From assembly GCF_964194155.1 (NCBI RefSeq), contig NC_135890.1, positions 91,574,001-91,638,000 of the forward strand: 64,000 nucleotides of DNA. Reading direction: 5' to 3'. The translations under genes were made by a program, and so were the position numbers. Positions within the stretch are counted from its first letter, which is position 1; each line of letters opens with the position of its first letter. Under the pieces are notes generated by a model. It searched no databases and was not told the origin of the DNA. It saw only the letters and a list, made by a program, of their open reading frames with translations. Below, piece by piece: positions 51,041 through 64,000 of this stretch. This DNA comes from Cetorhinus maximus (lineage: Eukaryota).

Positions 51041-52122
51041 GCGAACCAATGCTTGAAAGGCCAAGGCGCCCGATTCAAATGAGAAAACTTCACATTCCGA
51101 AATACACATCTCCCTCTCACAGAACCCTTCTTTATTTTAATAAAAGCTTTAGAGTGATGCAAAATTCCACACATTGCAGCAGGAAGCGAGTTGAACATAT
51201 TTTTCTGGAGAATAGGGGATAAAGGGGGCTGATATATACGTCATAACAACGCGATTCCAGGGCTTTCATGAAATTGACGATTAAATATGATGGAATCCAG
51301 ACGTCGCGGGCATCAAGAGTCGCCATGTTTGTAAGGGCGCGATGTTTTGTCGATTGAAGCAGATACTTTCACCCCATGTGCTGTCAGATTGAGGTGTGCA
51401 ATCGGTGTTTTGTTTACCTTCCTGCAAGCTCCCTTCAGAATTGGCCAGATGTCTTCCACACACATTTTTTCACCCGTCATTTTGAGCATTTCCCTGTCGT
51501 GTATTTCTAGCATTTTATTGTTTCAATTCCCTTCACTTTAACCTTTTTGCAGTTAAACAGTTTCACATATTTCATAAAAGCAAAATACTGTGACTGCTGG
51601 AAATCTGAAACAGAAACAAAAAAAGCTGGAAAAACTCAGCAGGTCTGACAGCATCTGCGGAGAGGAAGATAGGTAACGTTTACGAGTCCGTAATGGAAAT
51701 GCGTAAATCAGTCAGCATCCCACGTAAAGCATTGACCTGTTTACAGATACTGACAGGCCTGCCCAGCATTTCAATTTCCAGCACTTAGTTGTGTTTTTAT
51801 GTCATTGAATTCTTCTTTTGCTATTGACTACAATTTATTGTATTTTTCGTGGGATCACAGAGAAGTTGAAGCAGGCTGGTCAACCTGGCAGCCTACTATT
51901 TGGACAACCCCTGTCCATGGCTCAGCAGGCGGAGTTTCTATGGTGATTGGGCCCGGTGACGTTGTCGCACAATTGGCGCGTTTATCTGTGACGTCACCAG
52001 ACGGGGGGTGCGGCCCGTCAATCAGTGAGGTAATTGCGTTACCCGTCGGCTGGTGACTTAAAGGCGCAAGGGGCGTAGCCAGTCAGGTAACGGCCTGTCT
52101 GTGACGCAGTCAAGTCTTGGCG
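51041..52122. promoter_or_regulatory. SART3/ISCU divergent promoter region
   Basis: Start codons ~1.08 kb apart. YY1-like CGCCATGTT at ~51321, ATTGG at ~51947, palindromic CRE TGACGTCA at 51989-51996 and extra TGACG half-sites. Confidence 0.7.
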
Positions 52123-52209
52123 ATGGCGGTTGTAGGCTGGCGTTCGCGCTCTCTCCTGCGGCTTGTAGTCCAGGCTCGGGCACCGCTCGCTGCTGCTTAC
52201 CACGAGAAG
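52123..52209 (+). CDS. ISCU: ISCU exon 1 (mitochondrial presequence)
   Basis: MAVVGWRSRSLLRLVVQARAPLAAAYHEK|gtaaca. Arg-rich and acid-poor, ending in YHEK. Confidence 0.9.
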
Positions 52210-53269
52210 GTAACACAGCTGTAGAAGGGGAAATAGCAGCAACGGCGGCTGAGTTTGAGGGCCCCACGCCCACTGTCAATGCGCCGGGAGCTTTCTTGTT
52301 GCACTGGGTCAGACGCTGTAAAAACAGTGCGGGGCGGGCGCTGGCGAAATAAGGAGAGAATGCTGGAAATAGTCAGAGGGCATTAATTAACCCAACCTTT
52401 CCTCAGGCTGACGACCCTGATAAAAGAATGTACTGATAGAGTAATCCCACACGGGCTGCCTGACCTGCGTGTTTCCAGCACTAATAAAGGGAAAGGTGAA
52501 GGGAGGTGAGAGTTGTGGATGGCGTTGGAGGGAGGAGGAGAGATTGGGACGGGTGGGTAAAGAAAAAAAGGCATTTATATCGTGTCCTTCACGACCATCG
52601 GGCGAGACAAAGCAGTTTATAGCCAATGAAGTAATTTGTCTAGTCACTGTAATGTAGGAAACTCAAGCAGCCCGTTTGTGCACAGCAAAACAAACTCAAT
52701 TCAATTCCACTTCATTGTCAATACAAACTCATTTTGGGTACATTGTTATTCATATTAACAAGTGAGTGAAGAAAATTTTCCTATCTTGGATCTAGCTAAT
52801 TAAAAATATGTATTAAAAGCTATTCCAGCATTAAAGTAATCAGTGAGTCATTAGGTGTGTATTCTTGTCCATACATCAAACTCCTGCTAAAAGGTGATGA
52901 GGGGCAAATCTCCATGGAGAAGAAGCTTCATCAGTGCAAACCAGAATCTGAAGGAGCCTCTTATTTAATGGTGAAAGAGTCACAAGCATTTGTGTTGTAT
53001 CGTACAGGGCCCAGATACTCCATGTTGTACAGGTAGCCATTAGAGTGTAATCAGCTTTCATTTGAGTGTTTAAGAAAACAGAAATGAGTTAGAGAAAAGT
53101 GTTTTTGATCAATGATTGAACAATGAGTGCAGCCTTGTGATGTTGATATGCACTTAGAAATCCATAGTGAAGTTTTAGTCTTCTCTGAGGAGAGGGAGGA
53201 ATTAGTAGCTAAGTGTGAAGACTCTTCATATCGGTGGTAAAGGGATTATTTATTTCTTCCATCAAGGAA

Positions 53270-53720
53270 GGTGTGTACCACTGGCTGGGCCAGCATTTAT
53301 TGTCCATCCCTCATTGCCCTTGAGAAGACGATGGTCAGCTGCAAGCCGTGTGGTGTCAGAACACCCACAATGCTGTTAGAAGGGAGTTCCAGGATTTTGA
53401 CTCAGTGATAGTGAAGGAATGGTGATATAATTCCAAGTCAGGTGGTGTGACTTGGAGGTGACCCCATGCATCTGCTACTCTTGCCCTTTGAGGTGGTAGA
53501 GGTCACAGGTTTGGAAGGTGTTGTCAAAGGAGCCTTGGTGAGTTGCTGCAGTGCATCTTGTAGATAGTACACACTGCTACTGTTCGGAGGTGGAGGGAGT
53601 GACTGTTTAAGATGGTGGATGGCAGGCTGCTTTGTGCTGAATGCTATTGAGCTTCTTGTGGTGTTGCAACTGCACTGATCCAGGCAAGAGGATAATATAA
53701 CATCACACTCCTGACTTATA
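53270..53720 (-). mobile_element. Non-LTR retrotransposon 3' fragment
   Basis: Minus strand ends ...CTTCTCAAGGGCAATGAGGGATGGACAATAAATGCTGGCC, a LINE-type terminus with a degenerate ORF2 C-terminus upstream. Confidence 0.55.
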
Positions 53721-53906
53721 TCTCTGGTAAAATTGCTTGTCAGCCTTTCAATTGGAATGCTGCATGATGTGGGGGAACCTTGGAAGGAGAGAATTGGCTT
53801 TCAGACTTCGATGTTACAGATTAGAAGCTGATGCTGAAAATTTAACATTTGTAGTTCAACTATTTCTTTTCAAGTTGTGTAATTTCTTCCCACCCCATCT
53901 ATACAG

Positions 53907-54020
53907 GTAGTGGACCACTATGAGAATCCCAGAAACGTTGGATCCTTGGATAAGAATTCAAAGAATGTTGGAACAGGCCTGGTTGGTGCACCAGCTTGTG
54001 GTGATGTCATGAAACTACAG
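53907..54020 (+). CDS. ISCU: ISCU exon 2
   Basis: VVDHYENPRNVGSLDK...GAPACGDVMKLQ (first Fe-S Cys). 114 bp. Confidence 0.97.
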
Positions 54021-55316
54021 GTAAAATTGCTGCGCATATGTAATAGAGGGGTGCCCTGGTCAAGTTTTGTTCCCAGTATGAAAGTGAGTTGTACAGATAG
54101 GGATTGGTCCAAGTTTCAATGAGATCTTGGCTAAACAAGCTGACATCAGCAAGAGTGCAACAGTTGGCCTCAGTGCCATTGGGTTAAGTGAGTTAAAAGT
54201 TAGAGTCCCTACTCTTGGTTTGTGATCAAATGATCCCTGTTGAAAACATGCAATGGGAAAGGATAATGATGCTTTTAAACCAGCTAGATTCATAGGTTTT
54301 TTAAAAAAAGGCCACATAGTCAAATGGCAGAGAGCAGCACACCTCTGGAGCCTTACTTCAAGTTGGTGCCTTCAAATGGGAGACACAATTTAGACAGGAA
54401 ACTGATCAGTAATACCACACCAGAAACCATTCAGTCTTTTAACTGCCTTCACATTTTGTAAGGTATTTCTAGAAATATTAACCATTTCAGGAGAGTGGAG
54501 ATGCTACATTCAATGTAGTTTCTATGCTGTCATTGTAGAAAATATGCTGTCTTTTATCCTTTGTATTAATGGGTACTAAATTTAAGCAGTTAAAATTAAA
54601 GTGAAACTAATTGTTGTAATACCTGTATTCTTGCTGCTTGGATCCAGTAGTGTCTCTGAACAAAGCACTAACATTCAGTGGCCAAATTGTGTAGAGATTT
54701 CTTGCTGGTGTTTTTGGATTTTGCAGATTGACACAATGTTGAGTTTCAGCTAACATGATATTTACAGGAGTGAGCACCTACATATGTCTGATGTCTTCCA
54801 AGATGGGTACTGGTATAAAGTCCAAACATATTTTCCAGTTTAGTGGTGCTGTGCAACTTCAGAGAAGATTTGCTTTTCTGTAGTCAGGGTTGCATTATTG
54901 CATCACTTAGTGTTTGGCTTAGTTGAACAACCAGACAGTGATGAAATTTTCTAGAGGATTCCTTCATCTTGTTTGACTGATCTGGAATTCTGCAATACTT
55001 AATAGATGCACCATTTCCTAATTATGTCTCCTGTCCAATGTGATATTTCAAGCCAGTTTATCCCTGAAACTTTGGGACTGCGCTGAGGCCAAATGGCTCC
55101 TCTCCTCTTCAAGAATGTCACCAGCCTGTTGCACTAGTGGGAGGAAAATGCAGAGATATGGTTGCTCTTTCTCCCAGTCACCCCCTTGCAGTTGCAGTTT
55201 AATACAATTCTGCCTGGTAATACTTAAATAGTGATTTTAATTTTAAGCATTGTGATAGATTGTAACTCAGACAGAAAAGATTACAACTTGTTTGCATTTG
55301 ACTGTCTCTTCTGTAG

Positions 55317-55427
55317 ATTGAAGTGGACGGTAATGGGAAAATTGTTGATGCAAGATTTAAAACATTTGGTTGTGGATCTGCAATTGCTTCTAGCTCACTG
55401 GCTACAGAATGGGTCAAAGGGAAAACG
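55317..55427 (+). CDS. ISCU: ISCU exon 3
   Basis: [37 protein letters not shown]. 111 bp. Confidence 0.97.
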
Positions 55428-56112
55428 GTAAGGATATTTAATCTTCAAACTCTACCTCATGACAGCCTCTGAAGTACCTCAATGGAAATACAGAAGGAAC
55501 CAAAATGCTCTACTAAAATACTGATAAAATTAAACTTGGTCACTGGGAGTAAGTTTGTAACTACCCAAGACATTGGTAATTCCTCACCAGCAGATTATTT
55601 ACATTAACAAATATCCTCTCTCCCCAATTCGTTTATCCAACATCCCATAACTAGTCCATTGTACGATTGAGATTTTGTGAAATGCATTGTGAACACATGA
55701 TAGTTCCTCTTTCACCACAGCAGTAGAGACTGCCTGAAAATGTATCTGAGGACAATGTAGAAAAAGTACAGTTTTTGTCTTATAGGTAATGATTCAGCAA
55801 CAGGAATTGCTGGTGCCAAAATTAACACTTAATGACAGGACAGTAAAATAATCATGTAGCACTGAATGGTAGGGATGCCAAGTACACTTGCTGTCATTCT
55901 TGTGGGAAATGCATTGTCTGATCCTGATCTGAGTAAGAACCTTGTGGTGTATGCTCATGTACCATTGCACTATACAATGGAGCAACATAGTAAAATCTCA
56001 TCAGAATATTAGACATGTTTCTGCTGCATCTTGTAATTGTCTGCTATATTTTGTGCCTTGTGGTTACATGCTCAGTTTGATGAAATTATCATTGGCCTTC
56101 ATTGGATTGTAG

Positions 56113-56191
56113 GTTGATGAAGCCTTGACGATTAAGAACACAGACATTGCTAAAGAGCTCTGTCTTCCTCCAGTCAAACTGCACTGCTCAA
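56113..56191 (+). CDS. ISCU: ISCU exon 4 (LPPVK HSPA9-binding motif)
   Basis: VDEALTIKNTDIAKELCLPPVKLHCS. 79 bp. Confidence 0.97.
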
Positions 56192-58052
56192 GTAAGTTTG
56201 GATTCATTTTATAGTGATGCAAAGCAGATGTGACAGATTTGTTTGTTAACAGAAACAGCTCAAATTTGCATAGTGTATTTAATTAGGGAGGTGGCTGAAC
56301 GCCAGGTTCGAGAGGCTTTAAGACTTCTGTTGGTGTGGGCAGGGGGAGGATATGGGGAGAAAATTCCAGAGTAGGACAAGGTGACTGCTGGCTCAGTCAC
56401 CAGTGGTAAAGAGGATACTCCATGAAAAGCAGAGGGTACAGTTTTGAGATTCCACATGTCTCCACTCATAATATTTTCTCCTTTGGCTCAACATCCATTG
56501 TTTAACACCCGAGTTTCCTTTTTTTTAAAAAACTTTTTATGCTAAGGCTACTATACAGATTGAAAGTGGAAGAGAGTCTTGGGGATGGACAACATAATGT
56601 GGTTTGCAGCTCTTTCTGGGTTTGAGAAAGACTGAGGCTCTGAGAAACCATGAAGTGGTGGTATCAGGCACTGAGGAGTGTTTGGGAAGGCAGCTTTGGT
56701 CTTATCCCTGTTATGCTGCAGAAAATTCTGCCTCGTCCACAAATTTGTCACATAGCTAGGCAGATAGCACAGCAATAGTGGTGGTGTGATAATTGGATGT
56801 CAAGACAAATGAAGTATGAAACTAGACACAAATCCTTTTCTTGATAGTTTTATTTACAGAAATGCCGCATCACATTTGTCTGCCTCCTACCTACTAGCAG
56901 AATCCTTTATACTCTTTTTTTCAGTGGAAAAAGTGAGTTAATTAATCAAATTAACAAATCAAATTAAGTGATAGCCCCTTAAATGGGCATAGAATCCCTT
57001 TATATTCTTGAACTCCACAAAACAGATGGGCAAATTAATAAATTTAAACAAATTGACAGCTTAAAGGGGCACAGAATCCTTTTCCCTCTATAAAGGGATT
57101 CTGTGCCTCTTTAAGGGATGTCTGAGTACTAAATTAAACAATGCCCTTCACCTGTGTATCAAATATAATTAACATACTATTAATAGGGAGGTGAGCTGGG
57201 TAAACTTGGCATACATCTGAAAGCAGATTACTGTACATGCTTAAGATGTTGCTCCTAGTAGTTAGTTTTATTAACTAAGACAATGATGAAACATTCCAGC
57301 ATACTGAAAGCAATAATGCAAACACAGAAGTTATTAAAGAGTTAAAGGCTAGAAGTTACTCTTTGCTATATAAGCAGATGAGCACTATATTAGATGAGTG
57401 TTTAACTTCATGTGACCTTGCCTATCCATTGAGGAGTTAACCCACTTAAAGTTGACAGAATATTACTCAAAAGCATTTGTCTGCTATTATTACTGATTAT
57501 TTCCAGACAAAAGTGTTGATAAAAATGCAATAAAGGTACAAAATGTGTTAACAGTTTAGGTAACCTGCTTGATATGATTCCTCTTGCAGCCTCACTATGC
57601 TGACTGGTTTAAGTGGTAGCACTTGTGTTTCGGATTCAGGAGCTTGTAGGTTCAAGAACCACTCCAGGACTTTACATATTCTTGACTGACCTTTCAGTGC
57701 AGTTACTTTCCTTTATCTCTACTTAAGACTCTCCTGCCTCCATCCTTAATTGGCTCTACTCAGTTGGCATAAGTTGTTCGTAGAGCAAGAGAGCTCTGTC
57801 TTTTGATGCTGCAGCTCCAAGAAGTACTTTTATTATGACACAAAGCCATTCTACTGGGTCTGACCTTTCTGCAGAATATATAAACTCCATTATGACCAGT
57901 AGTGTCAGAATCTGTTGCTCTTCAAAATAGCTGTTGAATTGAGGCAGGTTCAATTGAGTGAAAATGTGTGGCTCATTTCCTTTCTTGGGACACAGTCAAG
58001 TAGAGGTTTGTGAATATAAGCTGCACAATTTAATTGCTTCTTTTTGTTTCAG

Positions 58053-58117
58053 TGCTAGCAGAAGATGCAATCAAAGCTGCTCTGGCTGACTACAAAGTGA
58101 AACAACAGAAGAAATAA
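58053..58117 (+). CDS. ISCU: ISCU exon 5 (last)
   Basis: (M)LAEDAIKAALADYKVKQQKK*. Total CDS 456 nt. Confidence 0.96.
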
Positions 58118-59264
58118 CTACAAATTGCAATGTCACCATGCTTCAGCAACTAAGGGTGCAACTATTAGTGACCCAATTGTGTAGTGGAATTTCAATAAGC
58201 TAAGATAAATGTTGCATTGAAAGACAGCTCTAAGTTTATTAAATGGACTCTTAATGTGTAATTCAATTTATTGCTTTGTTCTTGTGGATTATAGAAAATT
58301 ATTTTGGGGAAGGTGTTCAGTTTCTTGAAATATTAAGAACATGGATGAGAAGATGTAAACACAAGTTGGTTTAGCTGCATAATCACCTTGATTGTATACT
58401 TGTTCCCCAGAAATATATTATAAACATAAGTAATTAGTTTATTATCTCAGTTGGTTGTGTATGGGATTCATCAAGAGTTAACAGCTTTTGGGTACCTGTT
58501 AATATGGTTCACAAAACAGTGGGCACAGGCTCAAATCCCACAAGTGTCCAGTTCTGCTGGACGAGTTTCTTTAAGTGCTGTATCTTATTCTGCCTGTGGA
58601 ATGAGAGCTGAAACAGAAGCAATCTGATATATTTCATCTCTACTTGCACAGTGCACCTTCTAGAATAACCTTAGCATCACATATTTAACTTCCAACATTA
58701 TCATGATGATGATGAATCCTGTCATTTTATTTACACATTGCCAAAGGATTACTCAAGATAAATGAATCACTGATGTGATGCTAATTACATTTATTGTATG
58801 ATTTCACTCAACTGTAGTACAAGTTGCCTGAATTCTCTCATTATTTGAGTTGCAGTAATTTTGTGGATGTTCTAGCAGTCATTGGAAGACAAATTGATTT
58901 GTAACTAATTCAAAAATACATCTGTTGTGGCAATTTTGTTTTATGGTTTCAAATTTCCAAGGTGCCCATTTAAGGAAATATTAACTTTTACATTTGCCAT
59001 AAGTGTTTCATTATTCTTTATTATAAACAATTCTTTACCTTTAAATGCACTAAATAGCTTATTTAATGTTTGGACCAGTTCAGATTTTCCTTGTATGATC
59101 TAGAAGAAAGTTGTCTTGGTACACAACTCTCCCATTGAAAGCCAGCACTTGTTTTAGGATTTATTTTAACATTTTATTCCATTCGAAAACCAGTTGAATT
59201 CTAAATCAAAGTGGGTTCACGTTGCTTTAAAATTCCCTTTATGGGCATATGCTGCAGCTGCTGA

Positions 59265-59270
59265 AATAAA
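59265..59270 (+). terminator. Candidate ISCU polyadenylation signal
   Basis: AATAAA followed by GT/T-rich sequence, ~1.15 kb after the stop. Confidence 0.5.
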
Positions 59271-62244
59271 GTTTATTTGTTAAAGGGACAGACCCTGAAG
59301 ACATGCATTCAAGCTAGAGATACCAGTTTCTGGATTGTTATGGCTCACAATCTATTTTCAAGCTACCATGATGGATCAAGTGATTTTTCAGGGTGGTTCA
59401 GTATTCATTTCGAGAATAGCAATAGGTGGTTTTGAGGGGCTAACTTCCAAAGTGGGGGAGGAGTAGGAGAGGAGGTAAAAGTAGAGGTTTTACAGGAAGG
59501 AGTACCACCTTTAGGGGTAAATAAGGGGTATGTGGTTTTATTGACTGGCTTATTATTGAATGAGGAACAAAACGTAAAGCAAAAGGGGCATGCAAAACTC
59601 AATCACTCAATTTGAGTCTGGAAAGGGACCCTATCCCAAATATGGGAAATTGTGTCCTGTCAGGGCTGGGAAAGTCAGATGAGCCTACTGGTAGAAAGTG
59701 TGATATACATCTATTTGCTTGTGAAGCACTTGAACTTTGGTTAAAATTAGATTTGATTGTAACTGTTACTCATATTCATTTGCTTAGAGCAGCTTAACAA
59801 TTTACATCAGGCTTCATCTCACTGAAGTGTTTTCAGTCTGCCTACCAAAAGATTCAAAAAAGGCATGTGGAAGGCAAAATAGAGTTCAGATCACACAAGG
59901 GCTTATATTTGTATGAATAGATGTTAGGCAATATGGGCACAGACCTGAATGCAACACCGTGTATTCTTTAAAGGTGTTACACAATAGCTATAGCAAACCT
60001 AAAATTTGTAATGGTGACCCAGTTTAGTAATGCAATTGACTTTATACATATATGGTGCACTGAGTTCTGTTTTGAATGTAAATTTTGAATTACAAAGATA
60101 TCGAGTAGATAAGATTTATGACTGAGCTCTTACAATGTTTTGCTAATTAATGTCATTTTATTTAAAGTTAAATTTAATACAAACAACAAGGACAAAAAAA
60201 TCAATTTATCTGACTGTTTATTGTGCCTGAGATTTAAACTTAAAGCCACAGGTTTTTTTTATTCAAACAGTGACAAACATTAGCTAGATTCTAAGTTTAG
60301 TCTTTGATTTAGGGATGGGTGAGTTTCCTTGAACATGATCCTGGTTTTGAATCTACTAAACCACCTAATTGTCAATGTTTGCTACAGTTGCAAGTGCAGT
60401 AAGACAATAAGATTATCTGTGCTCCTTTGTTTCAAGGCACTCATCACATTCGACAGGGCCAATAAAGCCATGGTGAAAATGAATGATAAGCACCAGCGTT
60501 TGGAAGAATCTCTGCCTTATTTGCTAATAGCAGCCAAGAAAAACTGTTATTGCTGCAACTAATAGCTGCTAGGTTGGCAAATATATGGTTACCAATAAAA
60601 CACTAAAATAAGTAACTTGTCCAACACAAACAAAATCTGGACTCCAATTTTGAAATTAGGAGCATGTTAAAATATGTAAGGAAAATCAGCTGTGAAAAGG
60701 AAATATCTGGACATATGACATACCCTACACTCAAAGCTAAATGTTAAATTAATCTGCTTTTTACAATACTTCAGTAATCCTTTACTGCATAAAATGATGT
60801 ATGGGCATAGTAGCTATGATGCAGAAAAGTGCATGGGAAGAACTGCTAAAGTCACTTACAAAATAGTTGGTCCCCTGAAGTTGTTAGTTGCATTAAGAAA
60901 CCAAAGTACATAAAACTTCCATTTAGTGGCAGGATTTTGAGAATTAAAGGTGAGATTACTTTTCTAGAATGGTTGTGGAACATGCTAAACAAGAAGATTT
61001 GTTACTTGATCCATGATCATGTGTTTCCAGTATTTCAATATCTAATTCTTTCAAGCCATGAGTTATTTAACCTGAAAGAGCCACCTCCAAAAGCAAAATA
61101 CTGTGGTTGCTGGAAATACTCAGCAGGTCTGGCAGCACCTGTGGAGAGGGATACAGTTAATGTTTCAAGTTGAAGATGGCTCCTCTTCAGAACTGCTGGG
61201 TGCTTCCTCCAAATGGTGTTAAACGTGAGGAATACTGAGGGAGGGTGGTAGGTGGTAATCAGTAGTTTCCTTGCCTATGTTTGACCTGTTCTGAAGAAGT
61301 CATAGTTGACTTGAAATGTTTCTCTCACCACAGGTCCTGCCAAGCCTGCTGAGTACATCATTTTCCATTTTTATTAGAGCTATCCTTGTCAGTCTTACAC
61401 TAAAGACAGAAGCCTTGTGATGTGACAGTGCTCAACATTGAAACTTGGCTTCTGTGTGTGATGAGATACCTCTGTAGAGGATCAGAAGTTTGAATAGGAT
61501 GTTGGCAGCTCTTTTTTAGTAGCAGACATTGGATCTGAAGATGCTGGTGTAGAATGGGAATGGTTGTCATGTATGCATGTGTGCTATTGTCTGCAGAAAG
61601 CATACAATTCTGCAGCAGCAAATAATGAAATATCTCCTGTTCCCATTAATCACAGCATATGTTTATGATCCACTGCTAAGGAGGAATCCGTTTTAATACT
61701 GTAAGCTACTGAGGCATTACTAATGATTGTGGAGACCAGCCTTATCTTACATTGACAGAAAGTTAGATGCTTATACCTGTGACGATAATATTGACAAATA
61801 TATTTAAGGTGATTACCACTAAAATCAGTAATATGGATCAATTTTCACTTACATAAGCTCTCTTATGGTTGACACAGAGCAACAGGTATAATTTTATATC
61901 AGGTGTTCAAGCCAGGTAATTAGGTCAGGAGCAGCAGAGCGTATTGCTGTTTTGCCTCCTTTGTCTTTATGCATCGGGTATTGATTCATTTCATATTCCA
62001 TGGTCTGTTTTGGGTGACTACAGTTGCACGTTGGAGAGTTTTTAATTTTCTGTTTGTGCATCTGTTCTGGAGGTTCCTCGTGTTTAGGAACATTCAACAC
62101 CAGAGATCTTTTACATCAGGTGTATCATGAGGTGGTTGTGACGACTTTGAACTCCGTTCAGCTTTCCAAGTGTCATCAGGATTGGAGTTGTAGTGTTTAA
62201 GGTTAAGCACATGGGTCCAAAAGGGCTTGCGCAACTTCAGGGAA

Positions 62245-63000
62245 GACAGTGGCATAACTCTAATGTCATTGGTCTAGTAATCCAGAAGTTGAGGCTAAAG
62301 CCCAAGGCAGTTGGTGGAATTTAAATTTAATTATTTAAAATTAAATTAATAACATTTAATTGATTTAAAAAATCTGGAATTCAAAGCTAAGTGTAATGGT
62401 GACATGAAGCTATTAGCGATTGTTGTAAAAACCCATCGGGTTCATTAATGTCCTTTAGGGAAGGACATCTGCCTTCCTTACCTGGTCCAGCCTACATGTG
62501 ATTCCAGACCCCTAGCAGTGTGGTTAACTCTTAACTACCCTCTGAAACGCAAGCCACTCAGTTGTACCAAAATGTTCCAGAAAAGTCAAAAAGGAATAAA
62601 ATGGACAGACCACTTGGCATCAACTTAGGCACTGGAAAGAACAGCACACCCAGCTCTATCAACCCTGCAATGTCCCCCTTACTAACATCTGGGTGTTTTT
62701 CCAGAAATTGGGAGAATTGTACCACAGACTGGTCAAACAACTGCCTGACATCATCATATTCACATAATCATACAGCCAATGTCTGAGACACCATCATCCA
62801 TTTGTGTGACCAATCCCACCAGCAGGACACACCCAGCACAGGTGGCAGCACAATGGTATACAGGTGGGAATTGCCCTGAGAGTTCTCAAAATTGACTCAA
62901 CCTCATGAATTCCCATGGCATCAGGTCAAATATGGGCGAGGAAACCTATCGATTACCACCTACCGCTCTCATAGCTGATGAATCAGTACTCCTCCAGATC
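62245..63000 (+). mobile_element. Degenerate interspersed repeat (tRNA-like head + LINE-like body)
   Basis: CAGTGGCATAAC...TAGTAATCCAGA head followed by broken coding-like sequence. Family not determined. Confidence 0.4.
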
Positions 63001-64000
63001 ATCTGCTGCCTCATAAATCTGCCTTATTTAATAACATAACTTTGTATTGTGTATTTTTCACACATAAAAGGCTTGTTATTTTAGGGCGTGTTAAAGCGTT
63101 TAGCATTAATTCCTGATAACACAGGAGGAATTACGGGATTACAGTGGGGGCTAGTAAGTGCAGCCGGCTTCTGCTGTCATACTGCGGCACTGAAAGCTGC
63201 TGTGTCCTACATTTATTGATCACAAAAAACCAGACACAAATATTGTGATGTTATGATAACGTATTCACCATCTTGGGCGATCGCAAACAAATGTGACTGT
63301 TCGTAGCTAATATGACCCTGGCCCAAGAAGACCATGTACCGGAATTCTGTTAGATTGGATGCTTGGAAACCTTTGTCCCATAAACTGCGGAATATTGTTT
63401 TGAAAGTAATTTGATGTGCTTAGAGATCCTGCTAAATGCCATAGCTTGAAACATCATTGAGTGAGCATCAGCAAATATGTCTAAATACATTTTAATAGAC
63501 GAACTTGGCAGCTAAAAAAGGAAAAACATGTGGAGTTGAATTCAGACAATCGATGAATTAATTAAGCTGACCTTTATAAAACATTTTTTTTCGACCAAGA
63601 AATGGGAAAACAAAATTCGGGTGGGGGTACCGGTGATTGAACCCGGTACCAGGCTTTGAACCCAATACCAAGGCACTAGCTCTGACACCGACCTACATCC
63701 CCACCTCCCTGGGCCCCCTCATTAAAGGGGTTGAAAGGTCTGACCCCGTCATTGACTCATTACTATTTAAAGATTGGATGAGCTAAGTCAGCCGCACAAA
63801 ATATTATTGAGCCGCCTTTGTACTGCTCATTATTTGACGGCCGATGAAGATACCAAAAAGTCCGAAAGCTCCACTTGCTCTTCCTTCCAGTCATTTCATC
63901 TTTTTCCATCACCATTAACACCCCCTCCCTGCGCAGCAAGAACCATTCTGAAGCTCGAACCACTCTATCATTCTATATCAGTTGGTCAGTCTGCCGAGGC

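Noticed and set aside
58118-59300. Iron-responsive element or miR-210 site in the ISCU 3' UTR
   Set aside because: No CAGUGN loop with a proper stem and C bulge, and no ACGCACA seed match found by eye. A formal scan could still be run.
63626-63672. GGTACCGG/CCGGTACC hairpin with TTGAACCC (B-box-like) repeats
   Set aside because: Too short, and no cloverleaf or A box. Likely a SINE scrap or chance.

Overview
Vertebrate genomic DNA, most likely a cartilaginous fish (inferred from the repeat content, not checked against a database). It carries the conserved FICD(+) / SART3(-) / ISCU(+) trio, in the same order and orientation as human 12q23.3. I assembled three gene models by hand with GT-AG introns and matching phases. 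FICD has 2 coding exons (~435 aa; the first donor is cut by an N-gap). SART3 has 19 exons (~922 aa). ISCU has 5 exons (151 aa). SART3 and ISCU are head-to-head, ~1.1 kb apart. Introns are full of nested CR1 LINEs, Penelope-like elements (PLEs), L2 fragments, Deu-domain tRNA-SINEs and a probable solo LTR. The most unusual items are: (1) a young ~145-bp tRNA-headed SINE with a double GAAA-tetraloop tail, present as a 7-unit tandem array bounded by a 14-bp target duplication, plus two solo copies in the opposite orientation; (2) these copies form inverted repeats tightly bracketing the SART3 RRM exons 16-18, a circRNA-type layout; (3) a ~570-bp-arm foldback cassette with a CR1 3' tail in SART3 intron 16; (4) several minimal type I hammerhead-ribozyme motifs in PLE terminal repeats; (5) a 108-bp locally templated insertion inside a CR1. 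Identities and repeat boundaries are by eye.
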